Source of the DNA: Desulfobacterales bacterium
Lineage (GTDB): Bacteria; Desulfobacterota; Desulfobacteria; Desulfobacterales; UBA5852
Direction: 5' to 3'
NCBI GenBank assembly: GCA_963674755.2
Contig: CAXXVS010000002.1
Span: 512,001 to 576,000 of the forward strand
Length of the DNA: 64,000 bases
The notes under the pieces are model-generated. The model saw nothing but the letters and a program-made list of their open reading frames with translations, did not search any database and was not told where the DNA came from. The position numbers were made by a program, and so were the translations under genes. Positions 30,550 to 41,155 of this stretch are shown piece after piece. The number at the start of each line of letters is the position of its first letter. Positions within the stretch are counted from its first letter, which is position 1.

Positions 30550-32364
30550 CTAGGGGAGCATATGGGCGGCGGCGAGGTAGGTGGCCGCCGCGGCCATCTG
30601 GAAGAGGATGGGGGGCAGAATGCTCTGGGAGCGCTCGCGTACCAGGCCCAGGATCAATCCCACCAGCAAGGCGCCGAAAACCGGTTGCAGCGCCGGCAGC
30701 GGTACCTCCATGACGTGCTCTAAAGGAATACCGGAAACAGTGTGCCACATGGCATAGCCGGCAAACAGCAGGGCCGATCCGATCATGGGCCAGGAGAAAA
30801 GAATTCGGCTTTTCGGCCGGCCGATGCGGGCGGATTGGGCTAGATGACCGTGGACCAGGGATCGGAAAAGCATTTCGAGACCGACCGGCGCCATGATGAG
30901 AGCTAAAAACCAGATGCCCCAGGGATGTGCCAGGTGGGGGGGCAGCTTCAGGAGGTCGCCGGCACCGGCCAGACCGCCCAGAACCACGACCGGCAGAAAG
31001 ACCCACCATTGTTTGCCCGCCGGGGCGGCCAGACCGTACTGCCATGGCCCCCGGAAGGCTACTGAAACCAGCATCAGGAAGGTGGCCAGCATCAGGCCGA
31101 GATACATGCCGAAGGACGGGCTGGCAAACGTATGCGTGCGATCGATGCCGGCCAGCCAGGCCGTTGGCGGCCAGAAATGCCGGCCGGCGGTGGCTGCCGC
31201 GGCGGCCAGGGCCACCATTGCGGCCGCTCCCAAGAAGCGATAGAACTGGCGCAGAAATCCCTTGTTCTGAACTGCATTGCGGCAGGCGTTGACGATTTCC
31301 AAAGGCGTGAGCCGCGTGCCTGTTTCGCGGGGTGATCCGCCGATCTCCACGGACCCTCCCCAGTGATTTTGCTGATTTCGATAGCGCACCGCGGGATCGA
31401 TGAAATTGAGTCGGTCATAGACCTGCTCCAGCGTGACCGGCATGAAGATGTCCATCTGTCGCAGGGTGTAGGTTTTGGGCCCTTTTTTAAGAACCACCCA
31501 CCCCAGCCGTTCGCCGTAGATATTTTTTAGAAGGGGTTCGATTTCATAAATGCCCATGTCGGCTTCGACCGCGACCACGATACGCTTGTCGTTGATATCG
31601 GCCCGGGCCAATTCTTTGATTTCCTGAAAGTCGGAAAAATCGCTGGGACGAAAAATGATCCGGTCGATTTTATGCAGGAGGTCGGCCGTGTATTCGAGGT
31701 AGTTGACTTCTTCCCACAGGGCGTCTTTCTTGAGCCGTATTTCTTCACGCCGCAGGTGATCGATCAGCCGCTGGATGGACTGGGAAAGATCCGGCGGCAG
31801 GCCGCTGAACTCCTTCAATTCCAACCCCAGAGCATCGATAGTGCCTTCCAAACGGACAAGGGTCAGCAGACGTTGGCGGTTGGCGAATCCCCGGTCCTGC
31901 AAGCGACGGTGGTTGAGGAGGATCCAAATGGCCAACACTGTGTCAAGATCCGGTTCATTGGCCAGAATGTTCCATTCGCGGTCACGCAGATCCAATCCTT
32001 TAAGACAAAGGATTAGCGCCTGTTCACAGGTTGCCAGGGTGAAAGCGCGCACGCAGCCTTCATGGTGATCGAGATTGTAGATCTGTTTTTCATGGTCCAT
32101 GAAGGGTTCGCAACGCGCCACGCCGTCCAGGAAGATACTGCCCGGGGCTGCTTTGCGTGCGGCCGAAGCGGATACGGACAGCTCGCGGCCAATCTTCACC
32201 TTGAGGTTCGGTGCATCCGTACATTGAATAACCGGGCCGCCGGTGGCTTGCTGAATGCGGTAGCGATCAGGGATCTGTCGGGCCAGCCCCAGGGGATCGT
32301 GACCCGACATGACCTCGGTGCCGGAAGCGGCATCGGCCGTGGATATAGGTTTGCGGTTTGGCAT
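30550..32364 (-). CDS. DHH-like phosphoesterase domain fused to a degenerate CPBP (CAAX protease/Abi) membrane domain
   Basis: FLDG, NLDHH, PDLD, WGGS; C-terminal TMs with LEMLFR, AMWH, RERSQSILPPILFQ. Confidence 0.6.
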   Translation of the reverse strand: MPNRKPISTADAASGTEVMSGHDPLGLARQIPDRYRIQQATGGPVIQCTDAPNLKVKIGRELSVSASAARKAAPGSIFLDGVARCEPFMDHEKQIYNLDHHEGCVRAFTLATCEQALILCLKGLDLRDREWNILANEPDLDTVLAIWILLNHRRLQDRGFANRQRLLTLVRLEGTIDALGLELKEFSGLPPDLSQSIQRLIDHLRREEIRLKKDALWEEVNYLEYTADLLHKIDRIIFRPSDFSDFQEIKELARADINDKRIVVAVEADMGIYEIEPLLKNIYGERLGWVVLKKGPKTYTLRQMDIFMPVTLEQVYDRLNFIDPAVRYRNQQNHWGGSVEIGGSPRETGTRLTPLEIVNACRNAVQNKGFLRQFYRFLGAAAMVALAAAAATAGRHFWPPTAWLAGIDRTHTFASPSFGMYLGLMLATFLMLVSVAFRGPWQYGLAAPAGKQWWVFLPVVVLGGLAGAGDLLKLPPHLAHPWGIWFLALIMAPVGLEMLFRSLVHGHLAQSARIGRPKSRILFSWPMIGSALLFAGYAMWHTVSGIPLEHVMEVPLPALQPVFGALLVGLILGLVRERSQSILPPILFQMAAAATYLAAAHMLP

Positions 32365-32896
32365 AATGGTGGTGCGCCGTTTTGGAAAACGCGCTCTTGA
32401 ACATTAGCAGGTGGCTGGTTGACGGTCAACCACAAGCCTCCGGTCAGCTTTCGAACCGCCTCCGCGTCGAAAAGCAGGTGCTGCCTTTAGATGAGGACGG
32501 ATGCAACAAGGGGCGTGTGCTCCAAAATGAAAGACGGTTGCCACAGGCATGATTTGTCGCTATGGTACGACCGAAATCGTTTTGCCCGGGTGCCACGCCG
32601 CTGCATTTCACACCCCCGCTGCCGCCATGACCCAAGGGCCGGCCTTCCGATTCGCTCGCGACTCGCCATGCTTTTCGTCTATACGAAGCGCTATCGTGTT
32701 GCAGGATGCTATTCGGTCTGATAGGATCCTTCCTCGTTAGGCTGTGCTGAAGGGTCCGCTACGAAGAGGCGGTCTGTGGACGGCACCATTGGGAAGGCGC
32801 AACCACGCCGCTAGGTAGACCATCTTCGGGCAGTTCAATTGTGGACCTTAATCATCGGACGCCTCTGGTGAACGAGTACAAGGAGAATGTGAATCA

Positions 32897-33877
32897 ATGA
32901 AGACAACGAGGTATACCAGTATTTATTTTATTATTTTCAGCCTGTTGCTCATCCCGTTAACAGGGTGGGCCGCAGACCAGTCAACGCCGGCCGATGCGGC
33001 TGCGGTCGTCAACGGATCGGTCATTACTCAGCAGGCCCTCACGTTTGAAACCCAGCGCTTTATGGAACAAATGGCCCGCCAGGGGCAGGTGCCCAATGAA
33101 GCGATGATGCCCCAGATGCGCGAGAATGTGTTAAACCGGATGATCGAGGAAGAGCTCCTCTACCAGGACAGCCAGGCCAATGCCATCCAGGTGCCTGAAG
33201 ATCGCCTGAAAAAGGAATTGGCTTCCATCAAGGAGCGGTTTCCCAGTGAAAAGGAATATCACGACGCTTTGGCCGGCGTCGGCATGAGCGAGGATGCGCT
33301 GGCACAAAAGATCACGCGCGGCGTGGCCATTGAGGAATTGATCAAGACCCGCGTCATTCAGGACGTCACGGTAAGTGCCGAGGAGAGCCGCAGCTTTTAC
33401 GACAAGAATGCCAGCATGTTTGAAAAGCCGGAGCAGGTCAAAGCCAGCCATATCCTGATCAAGATAGCGGAAGATGCAACGGACGAACAGAAGATGGCGG
33501 CTCGTAAGAAGATCGATGATATCCGCAAGAAGGCGGTTGCAGGAGAGGATTTCGCAACCTTGGCCAAGGAATATTCCGAAGGGCCGAGCAATGCCCGGGG
33601 AGGCGATTTGGGCTATTTCAGCCGCGGGCAGATGGTAAAACCGTTTGAGGACGTGGCCTTTTCTCTAAAAAAGGGGGAGATCAGCGACGTGGTCGAAACC
33701 CAGTTCGGCTATCATATTATCATGATGACCGATCAACGGCCCGCCACGGTGGTGGACTATGAAACCGCCAAGGCGCAGATCGAAGAGCGGTTGAAGCAGG
33801 AAAAAAGCCTGCGCCAGATCCGGCAGTATATTGAAACACTGCGCGAGAAAGCCGATATCCAGACGACCCAATCGTGA
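32897..33877 (+). CDS. SurA/PrsA-like parvulin peptidyl-prolyl isomerase
   Basis: Signal peptide; ASHILI, GGDLG, MVKPFE, FGYHII. Confidence 0.93.
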   Translation: MKTTRYTSIYFIIFSLLLIPLTGWAADQSTPADAAAVVNGSVITQQALTFETQRFMEQMARQGQVPNEAMMPQMRENVLNRMIEEELLYQDSQANAIQVPEDRLKKELASIKERFPSEKEYHDALAGVGMSEDALAQKITRGVAIEELIKTRVIQDVTVSAEESRSFYDKNASMFEKPEQVKASHILIKIAEDATDEQKMAARKKIDDIRKKAVAGEDFATLAKEYSEGPSNARGGDLGYFSRGQMVKPFEDVAFSLKKGEISDVVETQFGYHIIMMTDQRPATVVDYETAKAQIEERLKQEKSLRQIRQYIETLREKADIQTTQS

Positions 33878-34008
33878 ATGCCGCGCCAGCGGTCCTTTTT
33901 AACGGGGCCGCTGGCCGGAACCCCTCCTGGGTCGATATCCTTCAGCAGATCAAGCGGTTCATCCGATCGGTTACCCGAGGGCGGCGGCCTGCAGGCCATC
34001 TCGCCCCG

Positions 34009-34173
34009 CTATACCGCAAGGTAATTCCAGAAGCAGACCGCCACTAATCCAAGTAGCAGCTGAATGCCGATGAAGGCTTGCAGGATGGGCTTGGAAGAGG
34101 TTTTTCTGCGCCGGGCTACGAGTTGGATGCGGGCCGGATTCTGGTCATAAGCAGTAGCGATTCTTGGATACAT
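34009..34173 (-). CDS. Small single-TM protein (54 aa)
   Basis: GGAGGG RBS before ATG 34173; basic patch then hydrophobic C-terminus; sigma54-like promoter upstream. Confidence 0.6.
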   Translation of the reverse strand: MYPRIATAYDQNPARIQLVARRRKTSSKPILQAFIGIQLLLGLVAVCFWNYLAV

Positions 34174-34257
34174 ATCTTTTCCCTCCTGTTCAGGTTCCAA
34201 TGGCGTGTAACAAACCCCGTCAGGGATATTTTCTATGGATAAGCTGCTTTTTGCTTA

Positions 34258-34273
34258 CACAAGTTTTGTGCCA
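34258..34273 (-). promoter_or_regulatory. Sigma54 (-24/-12)-like promoter
   Basis: TGGCAC-AAAAC-TTGTG; consensus is TGGCAC-N5-TTGC, so one -12 deviation. Confidence 0.6.
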
Positions 34274-34383
34274 GAAGCCGCCATGTTTGTGAGAAAGTTG
34301 CTAAGCGTCATGAATTGTTTGTAATTTTTCTTCTATCGGGGGTAAAAAAAGGAGAGTTGCAGAAATCGCGTGGGGTTGTCGAT

Positions 34384-34488
34384 ACGACATAAATGACGCA
34401 TCTACATCGCTGCAGGCTATAACATATTAAAATATAACATAATTTTAAAAAGCGACAACAATGGCGTAGTAAGTGCCAAGTGTGGCGT
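34384..34488. promoter_or_regulatory. Three candidate enhancer (UAS) sites
   Basis: ACGACA-N4-TGACGC (34384), GCGACA-N4-TGGCGT (34452), GTGCCA-N4-TGGCGT (34473); AT-rich spacer toward the promoter. Confidence 0.6.
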
Positions 34489-34490
34489 TA

Positions 34491-36701
34491 TTATTGGATG
34501 CCGTAGGATTTCATTTTTCGTTGCAAGGTTCGCAGGCCGATACCTAATGTTCGGGCCGTGTGGGTGCGATTCCAGCGGCAGCGGGCCAGGCTGTCCGTAA
34601 TCAGTTGCTTTTCGAACTGGGCGGTGGCCTCCGGAAGCGTGGCGTCATCAAGTTGGGGCGAGGGATTCGTCAAGGCCGGGGGAGGCAGCGGATCGGATGC
34701 ATTCCGGATTTCGCCGGTCAGGTCGAGGCGTTTCAAGGTGACGAAGCGGTACAGCACATTTTGCAGTTCGCGCACATTTCCCGGCCAATCATGGGACAGC
34801 AGGGTTTCCATCACCTGATCGCCGAGCTGGGGCCGCATCTTGCTGTCATAGGCCTTGAGAAAATGTTCGATCAGCAGCGGGATGTCTTCCTTGCGCTTGC
34901 GCAAGGGGGGCAGGTGAATCGGAATGACGTGCACCCGGTAGAAAAAATCGCTGCGCATCATGCCTTGCTGAACCAGTTCCGTCAGGTTGCGGCTGGTGGC
35001 GGCAATGACGCGGAAATTCGGCTTGCGGACCTCGTTGCTGCCAACGGGCGAATAGCCGCCACCCTCGATGGCGCGCAGCAGCTTGACTTGCAGGTCGGGC
35101 TTGATTTCACCAATTTCATCCAGGAATAAACTGCCGCCGTCGGCCTCGTCGAGGTAGCCGGGCTTATCGGCCGCAGCCCCGGTGAACGCTCCTTTGCGGT
35201 GACCGAAAAATTCCCTTTCCAGGAGGGTCTCCGGAATGGCCCCGCAGTTGACCGGCACGAAGCGGCCGTTGCGGCGGTCGCTCATGTTGTGGATGGCGCT
35301 GGCGGCCAGTTCCTTGCCGGTGCCCGACTCCCCGTACAAAATGATGTTGGCGTCCGAAGCGGCGGCCATGAGCATCAACTCGTAGATTTCCTGCATGGCC
35401 GGGCTCGCTCCGACCATATCCCCGAACTTGTTGCGCTGCTGAATAGTGGTGCGCAGCCGCAGATTTTCGCGGCGCAGATGGGCCTCGCTGTCCCGCAGGG
35501 TTTCCTCCATGCGCTTGCGCTGGTCGATGTCCGAAATCATGGACTGGCAATAGATACTGCCGTCGGCCATGCGGATAGGGACATTGACGCTGTAATACCA
35601 TTTCTTGTCGTTGGGGTTTTTCATTTCGAAGCGGACGCTCTGCCCCTCGAAAACCTGGTCGCTGACACACCACAGACATTTCGACTGGCGATGGTGAAAG
35701 GCCTCGTAGCAGATTTCGCCGGTGGCATTGCGGCCTACGAAGCGCACCATATTTTCGTTCATGAACTTGATGCGGTAATCCTTGGAGATGAAATAGAGAA
35801 GACCCTCATAGCCTTCCAGCATAGCGCTATATAGGGCTTCACGCTCACGCAAATGCTTCTCGGTCTCTTTGAGGTAGGTGATATCGATCAGAGAAGCAAT
35901 GGTGCGCCCGGGCTCCGGCAGCATGCCGACTTTGATGAAAATGTCTTTGAGGGTGCCATGGCGGTCCATGATCTGGCATTCGTATTCCACCGGCACCCGC
36001 GGCTCACCGTCGCGGCGCGCGTAGTGGTAATGCTTCACCCGCTCACGGTCGTTGTCCGCAATGAAATCGATCCATTGCATGCGACCTTCGATGGCGCTGC
36101 GCTCGTAGCCGGTCAGGTCTTCAAATTTCGGATTGGCCATGGAAATGGTAAAGTCATGATCAACGATGATGGAAGGGGACCCTGAATGGTTGAAAATGCG
36201 GCGGTATTTCTTTTCGGCCTGGACCAGCTCCGCGGTGCGTTCCTGCACCAGCGTCTCCAGATTCTCATGGTAGCGGCGGAGTTCGGCCTCGGTCTCCTTT
36301 TGATCGCTGACATTGCGGACGATGGCCAGGGCTTCGTCCTCGCTGCAGACGATCATACGTGATTCGTAAAAGCGCCGCTTACCGGCGAAATTCAGGCTGT
36401 AGTCCAGGTATTGCACCTGGCGGGTTTGAAAGGCTTGGGCGATTTTCGCGAGAAACAGGTCGGCGGTGTCGGCCGGGAGGACATCCCGGAGGTGTTTACC
36501 AAGGTAGGCGTCGGCCGGCCAGTAGAGCTCGGCGGTGGCACCCTCGAAACTCTGGAAGATGCCCTTCCGGCTGATGCGGATGATCATGTCCGGAATGGCG
36601 TCGACGATGGCTTGATAAATACGGTGGTTTACTTCACTTGCGAACGGTTTTGTCGGATCGGGGTTCCCAGCGGTATGGCCGGTTTGGGATGGAGCGCCCA
36701 T
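34491..36701 (-). CDS. Multi-PAS sigma54-dependent enhancer-binding protein
   Basis: Three PAS-like domains, [22 protein letters not shown] and Fis-type HTH. Confidence 0.96.
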   Translation of the reverse strand: MGAPSQTGHTAGNPDPTKPFASEVNHRIYQAIVDAIPDMIIRISRKGIFQSFEGATAELYWPADAYLGKHLRDVLPADTADLFLAKIAQAFQTRQVQYLDYSLNFAGKRRFYESRMIVCSEDEALAIVRNVSDQKETEAELRRYHENLETLVQERTAELVQAEKKYRRIFNHSGSPSIIVDHDFTISMANPKFEDLTGYERSAIEGRMQWIDFIADNDRERVKHYHYARRDGEPRVPVEYECQIMDRHGTLKDIFIKVGMLPEPGRTIASLIDITYLKETEKHLREREALYSAMLEGYEGLLYFISKDYRIKFMNENMVRFVGRNATGEICYEAFHHRQSKCLWCVSDQVFEGQSVRFEMKNPNDKKWYYSVNVPIRMADGSIYCQSMISDIDQRKRMEETLRDSEAHLRRENLRLRTTIQQRNKFGDMVGASPAMQEIYELMLMAAASDANIILYGESGTGKELAASAIHNMSDRRNGRFVPVNCGAIPETLLEREFFGHRKGAFTGAAADKPGYLDEADGGSLFLDEIGEIKPDLQVKLLRAIEGGGYSPVGSNEVRKPNFRVIAATSRNLTELVQQGMMRSDFFYRVHVIPIHLPPLRKRKEDIPLLIEHFLKAYDSKMRPQLGDQVMETLLSHDWPGNVRELQNVLYRFVTLKRLDLTGEIRNASDPLPPPALTNPSPQLDDATLPEATAQFEKQLITDSLARCRWNRTHTARTLGIGLRTLQRKMKSYGIQ

Positions 36702-37066
36702 TTTCGATTACTCCCGGAGGACCAATGCCCGGTGTGATGAGACTGTCCCCATTATTGGCGACTAAGCTTCAGAACACGAAAAAATTAATTTTTAGCACAT
36801 ATCGTTGGCTGGTGTCCATATGGGCCGGTGGTGGGCAGTGGGTTGATGGTATCACGGAGCGTGTTTCCCGTCGCAGGCCTCGAACAGCTAACGATCGCCT
36901 TGGCGCAAACGAGCAAAGCTGTGCCAGCCGGTGTACTGGGGCCGAAGTTTTCAATATAAACACCGGGAACGTTGTTATCCCAATAGAGGTTGTCATACGG
37001 CAGCTCGGCGGCTTCCTGTTGGATGATAAGGTACTGAATTCGTATCAGGATACGGCAGAGGGAATG

Positions 37067-37702
37067 TTAATCGGGTTTTTTATGGCCAGCGGCGTTTTTT
37101 CCCGGGAGGGGTGGAATGTTACGCCAGATCCGGTCCAGAAACTGATCGCGGCCGGAGTGGGTCCGATAGGATCGGTAACGCCCCGGGTTTTTTTGATAAA
37201 ACCGGTGGTGGTAGGCCTCCGCTGGATAAAACTCCGTGAGAGGCTCAATAGCGGTGACCACCGGCTTGGTGAAGCGTCCCGCTTGGTTCAGGGCGGCCAA
37301 TGACTGTTCCGCCAGGTGTTTCTGGTGATCGTCATGATAGAAGATGACCGTGCGGTATTGAGTGCCCCGATCGACGAATTGCCCGCCCGGGTCGATGGGG
37401 TCGATCATCCGCCAAAAGCGATCCAGCAGTGTCTCATAACGGATCCGGTGCGGATCGAAAAAGACCTGCACGGCTTCGGTGTGACCGGTTCGGCCGGAGC
37501 AGACATCCTGATAGGTGGGATGAGCCTGGGGGCCGCCGGTGTAGCCGGGGATGACGGCCAGCACGCCGGGCATGTTATCAAAATCGGATTCCGTGCACCA
37601 GAAGCATCCGCCGGCAAAGGTTGCGGCCTGGGCATGTTCGGGCAACTCTTGCAATTTAAAGACCTCCCGATGTGGCATCGAGGCGCAGAGAACAACCACC
37701 AT
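37067..37702 (-). CDS. msrA: Peptide methionine sulfoxide reductase A
   Basis: AGGCFWC, GHTEAV, FYPAEAYH; start uncertain (ATG 37678 possible). Confidence 0.95.
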   Translation of the reverse strand: MVVVLCASMPHREVFKLQELPEHAQAATFAGGCFWCTESDFDNMPGVLAVIPGYTGGPQAHPTYQDVCSGRTGHTEAVQVFFDPHRIRYETLLDRFWRMIDPIDPGGQFVDRGTQYRTVIFYHDDHQKHLAEQSLAALNQAGRFTKPVVTAIEPLTEFYPAEAYHHRFYQKNPGRYRSYRTHSGRDQFLDRIWRNIPPLPGKNAAGHKKPD

Positions 37703-37823
37703 CCGGTGGGGCTGCGTCGTGTTTTTTATTCAAGGTAATTTCATTCGGGACCATGGGCAAGGCCTTAATCCTGAAGAGCGGTTTAACAGTGGAGGGATCG
37801 GTTTGCCGGCGGAGGTTTGTGCC

Positions 37824-40800
37824 CTAGTTGCTGAATGGAATTTCACGACGGGTGCCGGCCATGAGGGACAGGCCGTCGAATACCGCCACCGTATCGGCCG
37901 CAGCCCACATGCCGACCCGGCCGGCAATGGGCCGGTCGGCGATGTAGGCCATCAAGGGGGTTCCGTTAATATGAAGATGGGCGGAGAGTCCTGAGATTCG
38001 CAGCGAAATATCATACCAGCGGTCGGTAAGGACGGGATAGCGTTTGCGCAGTCGCTTGAACCGTCGGCCATGGACGACTTCATAGAGAACGATTCGCTTT
38101 TGGTGGGCGTCCAAGCCGACCATGAAGTGGTGGCCGGCATCGCGGAAGCCGACCACCACGCCGCCGGCGCAGGCCGAACACCCTGTCAGGAGATTAAGGG
38201 CCAGTTCGATCTGGCCATCTTGGATACGGCCTGTATCAGCGATGGCCAAGGCAAAGAAATGATTCCGGTAGAGCTGTTTGAGAAAAGCCCGGTCGTCACC
38301 TTTAAGGATGCCGGCGCATTGCTTCAAAGGGGGGTGAGGGATATTACCGACGGCCGCGCCGTCCTGAACCACCACCGAACGGCCGTTCAACGTGGCTTGA
38401 CGCCAGTGGCCGGACAACGGCGTCAGGGCGGAAGGGAACTCCGCGGCTGAAACGGGTTGGCGCGCATCGGATGCCAGGAAAGTGTTGCGCAAAACCTCGA
38501 CGACCCATGGGCCCAGCAGGGCCTGATCGTTTTCCCGGCTGAACACCATCAGCCGTCCGATGCGGGCCAGGATTTCGCTTCCCCGGCTTAATTCCAGTGC
38601 CGCAACAGATGCATCGAGCAGGGCGCCGTTGAGGCGCAACGTAAATCCCAGCTCTTCGAGAACACCAGCCAGAAGACGGGTGCGCAGGCAGCGTTTATAA
38701 TAGGGATCGGTGCCCCCAAGGATACGCAATCGGATGCGGATAGTCTCTTGGCGCGGATCATGAATGGCTTCCACCAGCGCCTGTTGAGTCCCCAGGGGTA
38801 TGGCCGCCCAGAAGGACTGGGCGCCCAGGAGAGCAAAACCCTCCAGCGCAAGCGGCCGGTTATGATGGTTGGCCCCCTGGCCCGTTGACAACCCCGACCA
38901 TAGATCATGCAGCAGGCCTTCACCGCCCGCATGAACGGGACCGGTCTGGGATGCCGGATCAGATTCTTGAGACACCATGGCCGGTTGAACCATAAAATCC
39001 ACAGCGGCATTGTCACCGCTCCAGCGGAGAGTCCGGAGGGGGTTTCGAATTTTCGTTGCCCTCTTGTGAAGGGTTTCCAAAGCATAACAATGCACGCGTC
39101 CGATGAGGTCATAAAGGGTGGCAGGTCCGGATGCGGCGGCATCCTGTTCATTCGGTAACGGCGGCTGATGATGCGTGATTCGGCTGGACAACGCTCGCAA
39201 CCGCCGGCGGTCAGGCGTTTCGAAGGGGTCGGCGACAGCAGGCAGGGGGCCGCCATCTGTCCTGCGGATGCGCCCCTCATAGACGGTCACCTGGTCGGCA
39301 TGCAGGGTAACCCACTGTCCCGGGATCCATTGGTCCGCAGGACGACCCGTATCCACGATCATCGGTACGCCAAATTCCCGTGCCACCGAAGCCAGATGAC
39401 TGGCGGCGCTTCCCTTGGTAGCGATCACACCCCTGACAAGGCCTACGATGGGGGTGTATTCCGGGGCGGCTCTGGGGATGACGAGGATGCTGTCGGCGGG
39501 TATTTTTTCCTCAGGAAGCGCCTGGTCGGCTCTGTAGATGCGTCCGCAGACAATACCGCTGCAAGCCTTGCGGCCGCCTTTGTGAATAACGGACAGACGA
39601 TTCAGGGGGATGCCGGTTTCGGTTTCGGACGGCCCGTCAAGCCCCAGGGGACGCGATTGAAGGATATAGAGATGTTGCCGGATATCGAGGGCCCATTCGA
39701 TATCCTGGGGGGCACCGAAATGCTTCTCCAGCCGTGCACCCCAGTCCGCCAAGCAGCGTGTTGTGGCCTCATCGATCGGGGGGAGGTCCCTTCTTTCGGC
39801 CGGCATGGGCTCCAGGCGTGTACTGCCTTCCGGTAGGGGCTGCATCCAATGGGACTGCGCCGCCCTCTGACGGGTAGTGATATGGCCGGTTCGACGGCAG
39901 ACCGTATGGGTATGGGGCGTGGCCGCCCCGCTCATCAGATATTCTCCCAGCCCATGAATGGCACTGATCTGCAGATCGGTTTGCTCCGGCCGGGATGGAT
40001 TGCGGGTATAAACGACACCGCTGGCCCGGGAGGGGATCATGGCCATGACCAAAACGGCCATTGGTGTGGTGCGATCATCAAGACCGTAGCGCATGCGGTA
40101 CAGGGTAGCTCCGGGGCTGTATTTGCTTGCCAGGACTTCCTTGTAAGCCGCCAAGAGGGCGTTGGGGGGTACATTCAATTGGGTGGTGAATTGCCCCGCG
40201 AAAGATATTTCGGTGTCCTCCCCAATAGCCGTGCTGCGAACGGCCGTGAAGAGGGGGGTATCCGTGGCACGCTGCCACCGCGATAATTGCGCCTCGATAG
40301 CCATCTCGATATCGTCAGGAATCGAGGCCTGGAGAATCAGTCGACGAACGGCCTGGCAACGTTCCTCGATCAGGCCGTAATCTTCCATGGGAAGATCACG
40401 CAGATAGGCTTCGATGACACCGGGCAGGTCGTTAGCTTCCATGAAGTGATCGAAGGCCCGGGCCGTCAAAACGAACCCCTGGGGCACAGGAAGCCCGATT
40501 TCACTGCCAATGATAGCTAAATTGGCCGCTTTGTGCCCCACCAAGGGTATCATATCCGCCCGGACATCCCCCAGCGGAACCAGCATGGGGAGCGCGGGTA
40601 TGCTCAGCGCCGGTTCCAAGAGCGGCGTGGTTTGCCGGTCAAAGTGCTGGAGGGCCTTGAGCAGGTCCCCGCAACGCTGGTCGCCCAAATCGCCCAGGGC
40701 CACGATCATTTTCTGGACGACCCGTTGCAAACGATCGTAAAGGCGTTTGACGGCGTCCATCTCGATCGCTTCGCTGATGTGCTCGATCCGTTCGAATTCG

Positions 40801-40937
40801 GCCAGCAGTTCCATGGCCTCTTCATAGGGATCGAGAAGGCTTTGATAATGGACGCTAGCCTCCGATATGGAGGGCCGGTCAGGAGGGGCGGCGGCTCGAA
40901 GCGGACGTTGTGGCAAAGACAGATGTGAAAGTTCCAT
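37824..40937 (-). CDS. PEP-synthase-like dikinase (ATP-grasp + phospho-His swivel) with C-terminal DUF1080/ConA-like beta-sandwich
   Basis: VGHKAANL, AVRST..ED..ISFAGQF, PQDIEWA, LQSRPL, SHLASVAREFGVP; no pyruvate-binding barrel; beta-rich tail ending GRVGMW...FDGL. Confidence 0.8.
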   Translation of the reverse strand: MELSHLSLPQRPLRAAAPPDRPSISEASVHYQSLLDPYEEAMELLAEFERIEHISEAIEMDAVKRLYDRLQRVVQKMIVALGDLGDQRCGDLLKALQHFDRQTTPLLEPALSIPALPMLVPLGDVRADMIPLVGHKAANLAIIGSEIGLPVPQGFVLTARAFDHFMEANDLPGVIEAYLRDLPMEDYGLIEERCQAVRRLILQASIPDDIEMAIEAQLSRWQRATDTPLFTAVRSTAIGEDTEISFAGQFTTQLNVPPNALLAAYKEVLASKYSPGATLYRMRYGLDDRTTPMAVLVMAMIPSRASGVVYTRNPSRPEQTDLQISAIHGLGEYLMSGAATPHTHTVCRRTGHITTRQRAAQSHWMQPLPEGSTRLEPMPAERRDLPPIDEATTRCLADWGARLEKHFGAPQDIEWALDIRQHLYILQSRPLGLDGPSETETGIPLNRLSVIHKGGRKACSGIVCGRIYRADQALPEEKIPADSILVIPRAAPEYTPIVGLVRGVIATKGSAASHLASVAREFGVPMIVDTGRPADQWIPGQWVTLHADQVTVYEGRIRRTDGGPLPAVADPFETPDRRRLRALSSRITHHQPPLPNEQDAAASGPATLYDLIGRVHCYALETLHKRATKIRNPLRTLRWSGDNAAVDFMVQPAMVSQESDPASQTGPVHAGGEGLLHDLWSGLSTGQGANHHNRPLALEGFALLGAQSFWAAIPLGTQQALVEAIHDPRQETIRIRLRILGGTDPYYKRCLRTRLLAGVLEELGFTLRLNGALLDASVAALELSRGSEILARIGRLMVFSRENDQALLGPWVVEVLRNTFLASDARQPVSAAEFPSALTPLSGHWRQATLNGRSVVVQDGAAVGNIPHPPLKQCAGILKGDDRAFLKQLYRNHFFALAIADTGRIQDGQIELALNLLTGCSACAGGVVVGFRDAGHHFMVGLDAHQKRIVLYEVVHGRRFKRLRKRYPVLTDRWYDISLRISGLSAHLHINGTPLMAYIADRPIAGRVGMWAAADTVAVFDGLSLMAGTRREIPFSN

Positions 40938-41155
40938 CGGCGTAATCTTCTATGGGGACGCGCCCAGCCAACGCGATGAAACTGCAGGCGGGCCTGTCGC
41001 TGGTGTCCATCTTATTCCTTTTTCTGGGGCGACAGACATTTTGTCAACGCCTTTCTTCAGCAAATCGTTAAAACCGGCGGGTTGCCGCCGGGGCGGCAAT
41101 CGCTTATGATAGCAATCAGGGTTTGCAACTAAATCGGCTGACATAGGACGCGTAT

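Noticed and set aside
37067..37702. MsrA, OsmC or NifB/NifX proteins as selenoproteins
   Set aside because: Active-site positions are Cys codons in uninterrupted ORFs.
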